IMG/VR virus record: IMGVR_UViG_3300030109_006363
Span: 4,713 to 68,712 of that record
DNA length: 64,000 bases
From: a virus
Strand: one strand, 5' to 3'
Below the pieces are notes generated by a model, which was not told the DNA's origin, did not search any database, and saw only the letters and a list, made by a program, of their open reading frames with translations. Positions 1 through 9,765 of this stretch are shown piece after piece (the first letter of the stretch is position 1; each line of letters starts with the position of its first letter). Both the position numbers and the translations under genes were made by a program.

Positions 1-543
1 CATAAAGTTTATAATAAAGCAATAAAGTTTGCTATTCAAGAAAATGTACAAAATTTAGTACTAGTTCATGATGATGTAATTTTAGAAAACTTTTCAGAAG
101 ACAAATTAAACAACCTATTCAAAAAATATGATGTTGTAGGTTGTGCCGGTGCTAAAGAAGTTAATTTAGCTCCCCCTGCATTATGGCATTTAATGGGCGG
201 AGGGTTTGGCTCGCCTAATCTACATGGCGCTGTAGCTCATTTAGATAGTAAAGGTAAAAAACGCATGACACCTTTTGGAAGTTATCCTAATAGAGCGATT
301 ATTATTGATGGTGTCTTTATGGCTATAAAAAGAAAGGTATTTCAAAAAATTAAATTTGATGAATCTTGCCCTTCAAAATGGCATTTTTATGATTTAGATT
401 ATTCCATGCAATGTCATAAAGCTGGATTCAAAGTAGGAGTCGGTGATATTTTAGTTACTCACGACTCACCAGGGTTAGAGTCGTTTAATGAAGAATTTAA
501 CAAAGGTCAAGAGTGGTTTTTGAATAAGTGGAAAACTAAATGA
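1..543 (+). CDS. Glycosyltransferase family 2-like protein, 5' truncated by window edge
   Basis: Frame is open from base 1 (HKVYNKAIKFAIQENVQNLVLVHDDVILE...). HDD (DxD-like) motif, IDGVFMA, WHFYDLDYSMQ and VTHDSPG are typical of GT2-like proteins. Confidence 0.7.
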   Translation, partial: HKVYNKAIKFAIQENVQNLVLVHDDVILENFSEDKLNNLFKKYDVVGCAGAKEVNLAPPALWHLMGGGFGSPNLHGAVAHLDSKGKKRMTPFGSYPNRAIIIDGVFMAIKRKVFQKIKFDESCPSKWHFYDLDYSMQCHKAGFKVGVGDILVTHDSPGLESFNEEFNKGQEWFLNKWKTK

Positions 544-562
544 TTGATTATATCATATTATT

Positions 563-1870
563 GTGAGTAAATTAGACTTAGATTATTTCGAAAATGTCTT
601 AATGTATAAGTCTCTTACTGACGGGACTTATCTAGCTTCAGTAGCTGACTTTGTAAAGCCTGAATACTTTAAAAATAAAGCTATAGCTAGTATCTTTACT
701 ATTATTAAGGAATTTTCTGAAAAACGCAATAAACTACCTACTACAACCGAGATTAAATCTCATTTAGTATCCGATGAACAAAAAGAATCGTTTAAAGAGC
801 TAGTAGTTTCGTTTAACGATATAGATAAAGACTTAGATAAAGATGAGTTGTATGATAATACTGAACAGTTTCTTAAAGAAAAAGCTGTTTATCATACTAT
901 GCTTAACGTAGCTGAAGATGTATCGAGTGGTAAAGTAGATACTTCTGTAGTACTTGATAAGTTTGAAAAGTCTTGTAATATTAATCTAGTAACCGACTTA
1001 GGTTTAGATCTTTATAGTGATATAGATTTACTTATCGATGATATTAATTCAGTTGAGCGACATGTACCTAGTAACTGGGAGTGGTTAGATGAAACTTTAG
1101 GTGGTGGGTTCTTAGAAGCTGGTAAATCTTTGTATGTATTTGCTGGAGAAACTAATATTGGTAAGTCTATTTTCTTAGGTAATATAGCTACTAATATAGC
1201 TCAACAAGGTAAAAATGTATTACTAGTAACTCTAGAGATGTCAGAGTTATTATATGCTCGTAGATTATGTACTAATGTAACGAAGATACCTATGAAAGAG
1301 CTAGCGGGTAATGCCCCGTCTATTAGACAAGCAGTTAAAAGTGAAGAGGGTAAAATTTTTATTAAAGAGTTTCCTCCCTCTACTATTACTCCTAGTCAGC
1401 TAAAAGGGTTTGTTAAGAAGTTTCAAGATAAAGGTATTAAGTTAGATGCTATAGTTTTAGACTATCTCAACTTAATGCATTCTACTATGGGTAATAATTC
1501 TTATGAACGTATTAAGCATGTAACTGAGCAAGTTCGTGCTATGAGTTATATCTTTGAATGTCCTATTATATCAGCTACTCAGTTAAATAGATCAGGCTTT
1601 GATACAGATAATCCTGATCTTGCTACTATATCTGAATCTATTGGATTAGCTGCTACTGCAGATGTTATCGTATCTATATATCAAAACGAAGAAGATAGAG
1701 AACTTGGTATAATTAGATTGGGTATGATGAAAAACCGATATGGCCCTCGAGGAAATACTCAAGCTATGCGTATCGACTATAGTACTCTATCTATCGAAGA
1801 AGCAGATGATATAGAGTTTGAAGATGACGGTAATGAAACTCTCAACGCATTAGTTGGACTTGCACAATAA
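563..1870 (+). CDS. DnaB-like replicative helicase (T4 gp41-like)
   Basis: Walker A GETNIGKS, TLEMSE, LDYLNLM, SATQLNRSG, SESIG, KNRYG; 435 aa. Confidence 0.95.
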   Translation: MSKLDLDYFENVLMYKSLTDGTYLASVADFVKPEYFKNKAIASIFTIIKEFSEKRNKLPTTTEIKSHLVSDEQKESFKELVVSFNDIDKDLDKDELYDNTEQFLKEKAVYHTMLNVAEDVSSGKVDTSVVLDKFEKSCNINLVTDLGLDLYSDIDLLIDDINSVERHVPSNWEWLDETLGGGFLEAGKSLYVFAGETNIGKSIFLGNIATNIAQQGKNVLLVTLEMSELLYARRLCTNVTKIPMKELAGNAPSIRQAVKSEEGKIFIKEFPPSTITPSQLKGFVKKFQDKGIKLDAIVLDYLNLMHSTMGNNSYERIKHVTEQVRAMSYIFECPIISATQLNRSGFDTDNPDLATISESIGLAATADVIVSIYQNEEDRELGIIRLGMMKNRYGPRGNTQAMRIDYSTLSIEEADDIEFEDDGNETLNALVGLAQ

Positions 1871-1893
1871 GGAACTTTTTATAAATATACCTA

Positions 1894-2763
1894 GTGAATA
1901 TCCAAGTATGGACAGACACAGATCTACACGGAGCTGGAGGCGCTTTAGTATTGAAGTGGTTATATAAAAATTCAAAAACGTTTAATATAAATGACGTAAC
2001 TGAGTCGACTTTTACTGGTCGCTTTAAGGGAGCGCTTAGTACCTTAGATCATTATGATCGGATTTTTATTATAGATTTAGATTTAAATAAAGAACAAATT
2101 GAGCTCGTTGACAAAGGTAACGTAGTTGTTATAGATAGTCATAAAAATCATAGCTCATATAAGCATTTATATAAAAACGCTAAAGTGATAATTGATGAAA
2201 GTTATTTTTCAGTAGTAAATCTAATTAAAGATAAATTTAAAAGTCATTTAGATCTTAATAATAACCAAATAAAGCTAATTGAGTTAATAAATGGTTATGA
2301 TTGGTATAAATCTAATAACGACTCTCTTAAACTTAATGCTGTTTATTATAATTTAAATTCTCCAAAAACGGAAAATTTTATAAGTAGTTTTTATAATGGC
2401 TTTAGCTCTTATACTATAGAGCAAAAAAATTCTATAAAATTATTTTTTAAAAAATTTAAAGAACAAATTAATAGTAATGGTATTTTTAAAGGTAATATAA
2501 AAGAATATAATGTAGTAGCATCTTTTGGTAATTATGCAGTAGGAGAATTAGCTCATTTTCTATTAAGTAAGTATAATGCTGATATTAGTATTATTGTAAA
2601 TACAAAAGCTAAAACTGTTTCTTTTAGAAGATCAAAAGATTGCGATGCAGATGTAAGTTTAATAGCTAAAAAATTATGTGATGGAGGCGGTCATCCTGCA
2701 TCAGCCGGAGGTAAGTTAACTAATCAGTTTGCGTCATTAACTAAACAATTTACACCATGTTAA
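1894..2763 (+). CDS. DHH/DHHA1-family phosphoesterase with atypical motifs
   Basis: TDTDLHGAG, IIDL and IDSH N-terminal motifs; C-terminal DHHA1 signature VSFRRS...GGGHPASAGG. Confidence 0.75.
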   Translation: MNIQVWTDTDLHGAGGALVLKWLYKNSKTFNINDVTESTFTGRFKGALSTLDHYDRIFIIDLDLNKEQIELVDKGNVVVIDSHKNHSSYKHLYKNAKVIIDESYFSVVNLIKDKFKSHLDLNNNQIKLIELINGYDWYKSNNDSLKLNAVYYNLNSPKTENFISSFYNGFSSYTIEQKNSIKLFFKKFKEQINSNGIFKGNIKEYNVVASFGNYAVGELAHFLLSKYNADISIIVNTKAKTVSFRRSKDCDADVSLIAKKLCDGGGHPASAGGKLTNQFASLTKQFTPC

Positions 2764-3053
2764 ATAAAAATTTAAACCAGGCTCCTTCCAGCACCCTTAT
2801 AAAAGACGAAACAGAACATTTACTTTTATGTTTTTGCACTTTCTGTTCTCAGTTAAAAGGAAAAAAGCTATCATTACAAAACATATTCATACTAGTTTTA
2901 CAAGAAGAAAAAATACGTAACATATTAAAGGAACTTTTAACCATTGAAACTAACTTTGATGTAGTTAAACTATTTATAGACTTTGAGCCATCAATTACAA
3001 AATCTAAATATATTACTAAGTTCCTTAATTCCCATTCAGATATAGATTTATGA
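2757..3053 (+). CDS. Hypothetical protein
   Basis: 98 aa ORF overlapping both neighbours in the replication operon. Confidence 0.6.
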   Translation: MLNKNLNQAPSSTLIKDETEHLLLCFCTFCSQLKGKKLSLQNIFILVLQEEKIRNILKELLTIETNFDVVKLFIDFEPSITKSKYITKFLNSHSDIDL

Positions 3054-3718
3054 TCACCGAAAAAGAGAAGTCAATATATAATAGCTACTTATATGCTTCT
3101 CGAAAGGCTAAAAATAAGCCAGTTAGACTAAGACAAAATTTTGATAACCTTGAAAGTAAGGATGAAGTAAGTCTTAAAAAATTAAACTTACTTTTATCAA
3201 AGTATAATCATATAAACTATAGTGATTTTTTTATAGCTCCTTATAAAGTATATGGGACTGATAATTACTTTGATCTATCATTCTTTAATACAAGAAAAGC
3301 TATCAAATGCTATTCTCTTTACTGTAGAGATAAAGAAGTACAGAATCCCGATAGTGAAGAATGTATTAGTACGTTAAAGGAATGCTTAAAGTTTATTTGT
3401 GATTATTGTGAAGAGGAAAAAATTACTTTAGCTCAATATAAAAATTACTCTAATGTAGATACTCCTAATTCTATACCAATAATTTTTACACATCTTAAAA
3501 ATCATAAAATTAATTTTTACTTAATACACGCACTTAATATAGATTCAGTTATTAAAGAATGTACAGGAACTTTAACTTGGATTATTCCTGAATTTTACGA
3601 CTTATATGCTCAGACAAGAGCAAAGTTCCTTAGTTCAAAACAACTAAAGCATAAAGCAAAAAAAGGTCTTAAAATAATAGAACAAAGACTATTGAAGTTT
3701 AGTAGCCAGTCATTATAA
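3050..3718 (+). CDS. Hypothetical protein, possibly gp59-like helicase loader
   Basis: 222 aa, basic and helical, immediately upstream of gp32 as T4 gene 59 is; function inferred from size and synteny only. Confidence 0.45.
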   Translation: MITEKEKSIYNSYLYASRKAKNKPVRLRQNFDNLESKDEVSLKKLNLLLSKYNHINYSDFFIAPYKVYGTDNYFDLSFFNTRKAIKCYSLYCRDKEVQNPDSEECISTLKECLKFICDYCEEEKITLAQYKNYSNVDTPNSIPIIFTHLKNHKINFYLIHALNIDSVIKECTGTLTWIIPEFYDLYAQTRAKFLSSKQLKHKAKKGLKIIEQRLLKFSSQSL

Positions 3719-3719
3719 T
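3692..3719 (+). promoter_or_regulatory. Sigma70-like promoter for gp32 (probably leaderless)
   Basis: TTGAAG-N16-TATAAT, then 6 nt to ATG 3726. Confidence 0.55.
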
Positions 3720-3725
3720 TAGCGT

Positions 3726-4559
3726 ATGAGTACTTTTAATACTTCAATGTTTCAATCAATTAAAGATGCGTTAGCTACTTCTGATAGTAGGGGGTCAGCT
3801 AAGTTTAACGAGATTATGCCGACTAAGTCGGGTAATACTTATACGGTAAGACTTTTGCCTTTCGCTAAAGATCCTAGTAAGACTTTCTTTCATTACTATA
3901 ATCATGGATGGACGTCTTATGCGACTGGTCAATACGTGCAAGCGTTAAGTCCTCAAACGTTTGGTGAACGAGATCCTATTGCTGAAGAACGTTTCAAGGT
4001 TCTTAGAACTGGTAGTGAAGAGGAGAAAGAAAAGATGAGCGTTGTTCGTCGACTCGAGAAGTGGTTGGTTAATGTTTATGTAATCGATGATCCTACTAAT
4101 CCTGATAATAACGGTAATGTAAAGATCTTGAGGTATGGTAAGCAGCTTCATAAAATTATTACTGAAGCTATCGAAGGTGAAGATGCTGAAGAATTTGGTC
4201 CCCGTATCTTCGATCTAGGTCCTGAAGGTGTTAACTTTAAGATCAAAGTAGAGCAGCAAGGCGATTATCCTACTTATGTATCCTCAAGATTTACTGCTGC
4301 TGGTAAGATTGATTTATCTGAAGATGAGCAGAAAGGTATCTATGAAGGTGCTTTTGATCTTAATGAGGTCTTTACTCTTAAATCTTATGATGAGCTTAAA
4401 GATATGCTTAACGAGCATTACTACTGCAAGACAGAAGATGATCCAGCTCCTGTAACTTCAGCTCCAGTACCGGTAGAAACTCCTACAGAGCCTGAACCTG
4501 CTGTAGTATCTAATGATACTGTTGAAGAAGATATCGATGAACTTTTAAAAGATCTCTAA
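3726..4559 (+). CDS. Single-stranded DNA-binding protein (T4 gp32-like)
   Basis: VRLLP, HYYNHGW, NVYVIDDP.NPDNNG.VKILRYGK, G.NFKIK, acidic tail EEDIDELLKDL. Confidence 0.92.
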   Translation: MSTFNTSMFQSIKDALATSDSRGSAKFNEIMPTKSGNTYTVRLLPFAKDPSKTFFHYYNHGWTSYATGQYVQALSPQTFGERDPIAEERFKVLRTGSEEEKEKMSVVRRLEKWLVNVYVIDDPTNPDNNGNVKILRYGKQLHKIITEAIEGEDAEEFGPRIFDLGPEGVNFKIKVEQQGDYPTYVSSRFTAAGKIDLSEDEQKGIYEGAFDLNEVFTLKSYDELKDMLNEHYYCKTEDDPAPVTSAPVPVETPTEPEPAVVSNDTVEEDIDELLKDL

Positions 4560-4560
4560 T

Positions 4561-5007
4561 ATGGAAGGAATGACACCAGAGGAAAAAGCTGCAGTTATGC
4601 AGTTTATGGGCCAAACATATGGCCAAGCTCATAAGAATGATGGGATGATGGTAAGTCCCTCTGCAAACTTAAGACCATCTTCCGACGGCATGAAAAAAGT
4701 ATTTGAGAGTACTGCTCGACTGCCAACTATTAAAAATCAGCCATCACAGCAAGATGAGCAACCCCCTCCACAGCAAATTAATACTGTAACACCTGAACAA
4801 GCAGCTCAAGAAATTTCAGCTCAACAAACCATTAGGACACAACAACCACCAACAGTTGAGCAGATTAATCCTAATCAAGTAGAGTTTGATTTTTCAGAGC
4901 CTAGTAAGCTTGATCAGCTTATAGATCTAATTAAAGATCAAAATTTGATTCTTAAGGATATTAGGTTAAAATTAAGTGATGGTAAGAACGCTAAAAGTAA
5001 AAAGTAA
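4561..5007 (+). CDS. Hypothetical Gln/Pro-rich protein
   Basis: 148 aa ORF with a low-complexity middle and a C-terminal coiled-coil-like segment. Confidence 0.6.
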   Translation: MEGMTPEEKAAVMQFMGQTYGQAHKNDGMMVSPSANLRPSSDGMKKVFESTARLPTIKNQPSQQDEQPPPQQINTVTPEQAAQEISAQQTIRTQQPPTVEQINPNQVEFDFSEPSKLDQLIDLIKDQNLILKDIRLKLSDGKNAKSKK

Positions 5008-5701
5008 AAGCGAGTATCTAAAATATCTAGATACTGTTTCAAAGATTAACGATACTGGTATTATCTTTGATATCAAAGATGATAAGTTAGTTAGTTTAGT
5101 ATCTAGTTTAGATAGTACATTAATCTTGCATAGTGAGTATAAATCCGACTTTCAATTTAATACTACTCTTAATATTCCCGATGTTAAAAAACTAAGGCAT
5201 GTTCTTGATACTATTGAAGAAGAGTCATTAGATATTGATATAAATTCGAATAATCTTGAGTATAATGGAAATGGAGTAAAGTTTAAATATCATTTATATG
5301 AAGAAGGCTTTATAACTAAGCCTAATATTAATTTAGAAAAAATAAATGGTTTTAAGTTTGATATAGGTTTTAATTTAAATAAGGCTACTATACAACGACT
5401 ATTTAAAGGTAGTACTTTTGCGAGTGAAACTAATAAAATATATTTTTATACTGATGGTGATTCGTTAATGGCTGAACTTACCGACCGCGCGAGACATAAT
5501 ACTGATAATTTTACTTTAAGTCTCGGTAAAGCGGACTTTAAGCTTGAACCGATAGCTTTAAATTTAGATAATCTTAGATTAATATCATTACTAAATGACG
5601 ATATTAGAGTAAAGATCAATACTGAATATGGTGTTATAGTATTTGATATCGAAGAAAATAATATTAAATTAAGGTATATAATTTCAGCCTTAACACAATA
5701 A
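4976..5701 (+). CDS. DNA polymerase sliding clamp (T4 gp45-like)
   Basis: About 240 aa with a clamp-like alternating beta/alpha pattern, C-terminal LRYIISAL, in the replication cluster; start may be ATG 4979. Confidence 0.75.
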   Translation: MMVRTLKVKSKSEYLKYLDTVSKINDTGIIFDIKDDKLVSLVSSLDSTLILHSEYKSDFQFNTTLNIPDVKKLRHVLDTIEEESLDIDINSNNLEYNGNGVKFKYHLYEEGFITKPNINLEKINGFKFDIGFNLNKATIQRLFKGSTFASETNKIYFYTDGDSLMAELTDRARHNTDNFTLSLGKADFKLEPIALNLDNLRLISLLNDDIRVKINTEYGVIVFDIEENNIKLRYIISALTQ

Positions 5702-6039
5702 TGATTGATCAACAAAAAAAGAATAAGCTTAAAACTCCTGGATATTTTATCAAACGATTAAAAGATAACGATTTTGTTACTCTTAGAATATTTGATAAGT
5801 ATAGTGATAGTGATCCAAGAAGGTGGACTGTGTTAGTTGACCCGGCTGGTGCATCTGTTTTTATTACGTGCTTTGAAAATACCCCATTTAAAGGCGAGTA
5901 TTTATTTCAATTTAATGATGGTAACCAACTATTTAAAAATAGCTTTAGTTTAAAAACAGATTCTATTGAGGTTGTAGTTCAAAAATTACTTAAAAGCGGT
6001 GTTAGGCAAAAGGATGAAAGTAATTTTTTGAATAAATAA
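5701..6039 (+). CDS. Hypothetical protein
   Basis: 112 aa ORF coupled to the upstream gene by a 1-nt stop/start overlap. Confidence 0.65.
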   Translation: MIDQQKKNKLKTPGYFIKRLKDNDFVTLRIFDKYSDSDPRRWTVLVDPAGASVFITCFENTPFKGEYLFQFNDGNQLFKNSFSLKTDSIEVVVQKLLKSGVRQKDESNFLNK

Positions 6040-6043
6040 CAAC

Positions 6044-6349
6044 ATGGAAGAAGAAGATCATAACTCTGCAGAAGATGAAGAGCTTAGAGATATGGTTGAA
6101 AAAGCTTTAAAGGATAATTTAAAATCACGAAAAAGTTTTAAAAAACGTAAAGATTTAGCTAATCGGTTAGCTAACATATTATGTGAATATTTAGATAGTT
6201 ATATTTTACTTGGTTATGATTTTTCCGGAAAGCACCTTGACATAAAAGCTGCTTCAACACCTCAACAGCAAGAAGCTTTAAATTCTTTTTTAATGAAATA
6301 TTTTGCAAGTGAAATCCAGTCTATAAAAGGTACAGATGAATTGCTCTAA
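6044..6349 (+). CDS. Hypothetical protein
   Basis: 101 aa ORF; TAAATA 5 nt upstream of ATG. Confidence 0.65.
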   Translation: MEEEDHNSAEDEELRDMVEKALKDNLKSRKSFKKRKDLANRLANILCEYLDSYILLGYDFSGKHLDIKAASTPQQQEALNSFLMKYFASEIQSIKGTDELL

Positions 6350-6650
6350 AAAAGAAATATATGCTATTCAAACAGGTGATTATGTAGGTCAGATGTTTGC
6401 TATTGTAGAGATAGACAAAGATCATATTGGTTGTTTATCTTTACCTGAAATGAAAAATGTTAAAGTACCTAAAGAGTCATTTGATTCAGGAAGGAACAAT
6501 GATATAATATCATTAGTAGAAAAACTACCAAAAAATATTTTTAAGGTAGTAGAATCTCAATACTTTAAAAATGAAAACTCTGATAATAGACGGCAACAAC
6601 TTAATACACCGAACGTATTATACAGCAAAGAATCAGGCGAAAAAGAGTGA
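6336..6650 (+). CDS. Hypothetical protein
   Basis: 104 aa ORF overlapping both neighbours. Confidence 0.55.
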   Translation: MNCSKKEIYAIQTGDYVGQMFAIVEIDKDHIGCLSLPEMKNVKVPKESFDSGRNNDIISLVEKLPKNIFKVVESQYFKNENSDNRRQQLNTPNVLYSKESGEKE

Positions 6651-7446
6651 AGATTTCTCTCAAGAAAAAGTTAATAACTTCCATATATACTTTACGCTTA
6701 ATGCGGTGAGCTCCTACGTGAAGCAGTTTTTACCCGATAATACTATATTTGTATGGGATGAAAAGCCTATTTATAAAACCAATATACGTAAGGAGATGCT
6801 TGAGAGCTATAAGGGTAATAGATCTAAAGATAGTTCACCTCATCAAAATAACGAAGTAATAAAATCTATACTTAAAACGATGGGCATTAATTCAATATTC
6901 CCTAGTCAGCTAGAAGCAGATGATGTAGTAGCATATATATGTAGAGAAAATGAAGGGTCTAAAGTAATTATTTCCGTAGATAGAGATTTTTTACAACTTG
7001 TAAGCGAAGAATGCACACTGTATGATCCAATAAGAAAGAAATATTTTGATTATGCTTCTTTCGAACAAGAAACAGGTTATAAGAATGTTGATGAGTGGTA
7101 TACTGCTAAATGTTTAACTGGTGATAAGTCTGATAATGTACCGGGTATACCTCGTTTTGGTGCTGCTTCAGTTAAAAAATATTTGGCTGACCCGGGTTAT
7201 ATGTTAGATAAATCTCAGCAAGAAATATTTAAACGCAATGCTGATATATTTTGCTTAGATAAATATGAATCGCTACCTGATGAAAAGGAATATTATAGAG
7301 AGCAACTAGAAGTTAAAATTGAAGCGAGTTATAAAGAGTTTATTAATTATTGTAAAGAATATTCGTTCGAACGTATTCTATCTAAAAAAGAAAATTGGTT
7401 TTTTATGAAAAGTCTATATAATAAACTAAATGATATCGCTTCCTGA
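6571..7446 (+). CDS. rnh: 5'-3' exonuclease / T4 RNase H (FEN family)
   Basis: LIIDGNN, VWDE, YKGNR, EADD, SVDRDFLQL, GDKSDNVPGI. Confidence 0.92.
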   Translation: MKTLIIDGNNLIHRTYYTAKNQAKKSEDFSQEKVNNFHIYFTLNAVSSYVKQFLPDNTIFVWDEKPIYKTNIRKEMLESYKGNRSKDSSPHQNNEVIKSILKTMGINSIFPSQLEADDVVAYICRENEGSKVIISVDRDFLQLVSEECTLYDPIRKKYFDYASFEQETGYKNVDEWYTAKCLTGDKSDNVPGIPRFGAASVKKYLADPGYMLDKSQQEIFKRNADIFCLDKYESLPDEKEYYREQLEVKIEASYKEFINYCKEYSFERILSKKENWFFMKSLYNKLNDIAS

Positions 7447-8488
7447 AGATTTTGTTATACTTAAATTTTTTGAGCTAGGCTATTACCCTAAGTATAATAA
7501 ATTTAACAATGTATATCAGTGTAGCTGTCCTATATGCAAGGAAGGTAAGTCGTTAGGTAAAAAAAGAAGATGTTATTATATTCCTAAAAATGAGAATATA
7601 TTTTGTCATAACTGTGGTTGGTCCGGAAAGCCTCTAAGGTGGATAAAAGAAGTATCTAATTGTTCTGATACTGATGTAATAAATGAATTAAAAGAATATG
7701 TACCTGATGCAGAAGATGTTATTGTCAGTAGAGAAGAAACTCGACCAACTATTCAAGTCGAAACCTTACCTAAAGATAGTATTAATTTGTCTGATAAGTT
7801 TCAGCTTGACTATTATAATCGCAACTCTGTTGTTACAGCTGTTAGATATCTTATTAAAGAGCGTAGATTAGATACTGCAGTAAATAAACCTGATAATTTA
7901 TATGTATCTTTAACTGATAGAGTACATAAAGATAGATTAGTTATACCTTTTATTAATGAGAATAAAGAGATAGAGTTTTATCAAACTCGTACAGTTTTAA
8001 ATAAAGATAATAAAACTAAACCTAAGTATTTGGGCAAAGTACAAGCAGAAAAAACTTTATTTAATATTGATAGAGTATCTAATGATCATGATAAAGTTTA
8101 TATCTTTGAAGGTCCCTTGAATGCTTTCTTTACTAAAAATTCTATAGCAGTAGCTGGTATTACTGAACGAGGTAAGTCGTTTACACAAAGACAAGAACAG
8201 CAGCTAAACTATCTTAAATGGTATGATAAGGTGTGGATACTTGATTCTCAGTGGGTTGATCAAGCTTCTTTAGTAAAATCTGAAGCTTTACTTAAACAAA
8301 AAGAAAAAGTCTTTATATGGCCTGAAAAGTTTGGTAAACGATTTAAAGATTTTAATGATATAGCTATGGCTTGTAAAATTAATGAAATAAAGTGGGACTT
8401 TATACAAAAAAATACCTTCGATGGTCTCGAAGGTATTGTAAAATTATCTGAAATTAAAAAGTATCGAAATCAGATTAAACGTGTTTAA
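7430..8488 (+). CDS. DNA primase (T4 gp61-like)
   Basis: Zn ribbon CPIC...CHNCG, RLVIPF, FYQTR, TOPRIM FEGPLNA, KDFND. Confidence 0.92.
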   Translation: MISLPEDFVILKFFELGYYPKYNKFNNVYQCSCPICKEGKSLGKKRRCYYIPKNENIFCHNCGWSGKPLRWIKEVSNCSDTDVINELKEYVPDAEDVIVSREETRPTIQVETLPKDSINLSDKFQLDYYNRNSVVTAVRYLIKERRLDTAVNKPDNLYVSLTDRVHKDRLVIPFINENKEIEFYQTRTVLNKDNKTKPKYLGKVQAEKTLFNIDRVSNDHDKVYIFEGPLNAFFTKNSIAVAGITERGKSFTQRQEQQLNYLKWYDKVWILDSQWVDQASLVKSEALLKQKEKVFIWPEKFGKRFKDFNDIAMACKINEIKWDFIQKNTFDGLEGIVKLSEIKKYRNQIKRV

Positions 8489-8909
8489 AGGAAGGATTGC
8501 CTGTTTGTGCTAAGTAACCTTTAAATGACTCAGTTACTCCAGCTAATTCAGTAGCAACTCTTGCCAGTTTTCTTTGTTCAGAAGCCTTCATTCTATCAAA
8601 AATAGTATCAGGCTCTGCGTTGGCTAATTGCTGCTGGATAGAATCAGCTTCTTCTCCATTAAGATAATCTAAAAAGTCCTCCATTCTACCAATCCAACCT
8701 CTAAGCTGCTCTTTCATAGCTTCATTACGTTCATTTACAGCTTGAGCTGCCTTTACGTTAGGATCTTCATCAACTACAGTATCGTCAACTTCAACATCTA
8801 CATCAAAATCACCTGGATCAGTATTATCATCTAACTCAGCTTCAAATGCTTCTCTTTCATCATTTTGCTCATGTAGCTTCTTAAAAAAACGTCTCTCAAA
8901 TTTAGTCAT
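8475..8909 (-). CDS. Late acidic protein, probable internal head protein
   Basis: 144 aa; N-terminus MTKFERRFFKKLHE; TAAATA box 5 nt upstream. Confidence 0.6.
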   Translation of the reverse strand: MTKFERRFFKKLHEQNDEREAFEAELDDNTDPGDFDVDVEVDDTVVDEDPNVKAAQAVNERNEAMKEQLRGWIGRMEDFLDYLNGEEADSIQQQLANAEPDTIFDRMKASEQRKLARVATELAGVTESFKGYLAQTGNPSFKHV

Positions 8910-8941
8910 AAAAATATTTATTCTCTAGCATAAATAATTAC
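8910..8941. promoter_or_regulatory. Bidirectional late-promoter cassette
   Basis: TATTTA (8915-8920), N10, TAAATA (8931-8936); each box is 5 nt from a divergent start codon. Confidence 0.7.
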
Positions 8942-9298
8942 ATGAATGGAGCGGAATTTCCTTACAGTGTTAGCAGAGATGATAAACCTATAAACTTTTC
9001 TATGAATTCAGCGGAGCAGATGTCTAAGTATAAAGAAGATGAAAGACATCAAAAAGCTCCTCCTGTAGTACCATTTGACGTTGATGCAATGAACCAAACT
9101 TTAGGTAATGTATTTGTAAGTTTAGCAGAATTAAGGAACATGTTAACACGGTTAACCGCGCAGCCTATTGAAGGTCCCACGGAAGTCCCTTATCAAGGCG
9201 TTAATAAAGGTGCAGTAGATAATATTACAAATAAAATTGATAAAATAAATGAAATTATCCTTGATATTCCCGAGGACTTAGCTAAAATAGCTATATGA
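8942..9298 (+). CDS. Hypothetical late protein
   Basis: 118 aa ORF with TAAATA 5 nt upstream. Confidence 0.65.
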   Translation: MNGAEFPYSVSRDDKPINFSMNSAEQMSKYKEDERHQKAPPVVPFDVDAMNQTLGNVFVSLAELRNMLTRLTAQPIEGPTEVPYQGVNKGAVDNITNKIDKINEIILDIPEDLAKIAI

Positions 9299-9753
9299 CT
9301 TTTTTAAGGTCAATTATTATTTCTATATTAGTATCTCTTGGTTTTGGCTTTGGATTAAAAAATATTATTGGTTTCTGGGAAGCTTTTGCCTTAGCATTAG
9401 TAATGCAGTTTGTTCTAGCGTTTATTTATAATTCTACTAAAATTAATAAAGTTCAAGAACTTACAAATGATTTTCAAAATGAACTCGATCAGTTATTAAG
9501 TCTAAGTGAGGCTAAAATAGATTGCCCCTGTGGTAACTACACGTACAATACAAATTTATTTCTTAATATAGAAGAAACGTTTAAATGTGAAAAATGTGGT
9601 AATGAGTTTAGAATTGAATTTACAGCTACACCAACCTTAATTACACAACCTGTATATACACAAAATGATGTAGATTTTAAAGAAGGTAAAACAGATGAAG
9701 TTAAGTTTACCTCTGACTATAAACCTGCAGGGAAAATAGGAACGGAACTATAA
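9295..9753 (+). CDS. Membrane protein with Zn-ribbon
   Basis: Two N-terminal hydrophobic segments; CPCG...CEKCG. Confidence 0.65.
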   Translation: MTFLRSIIISILVSLGFGFGLKNIIGFWEAFALALVMQFVLAFIYNSTKINKVQELTNDFQNELDQLLSLSEAKIDCPCGNYTYNTNLFLNIEETFKCEKCGNEFRIEFTATPTLITQPVYTQNDVDFKEGKTDEVKFTSDYKPAGKIGTEL

Positions 9754-9759
9754 TATAAT
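9744..9759 (+). promoter_or_regulatory. GGAACT-N4-TATAAT candidate early/middle promoter
   Basis: GGAACTATAATATAAT, 6 nt before ATG 9766; motif recurs at 33888, 63168 and 63813. Confidence 0.55.
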
Positions 9760-9765
9760 TATATT

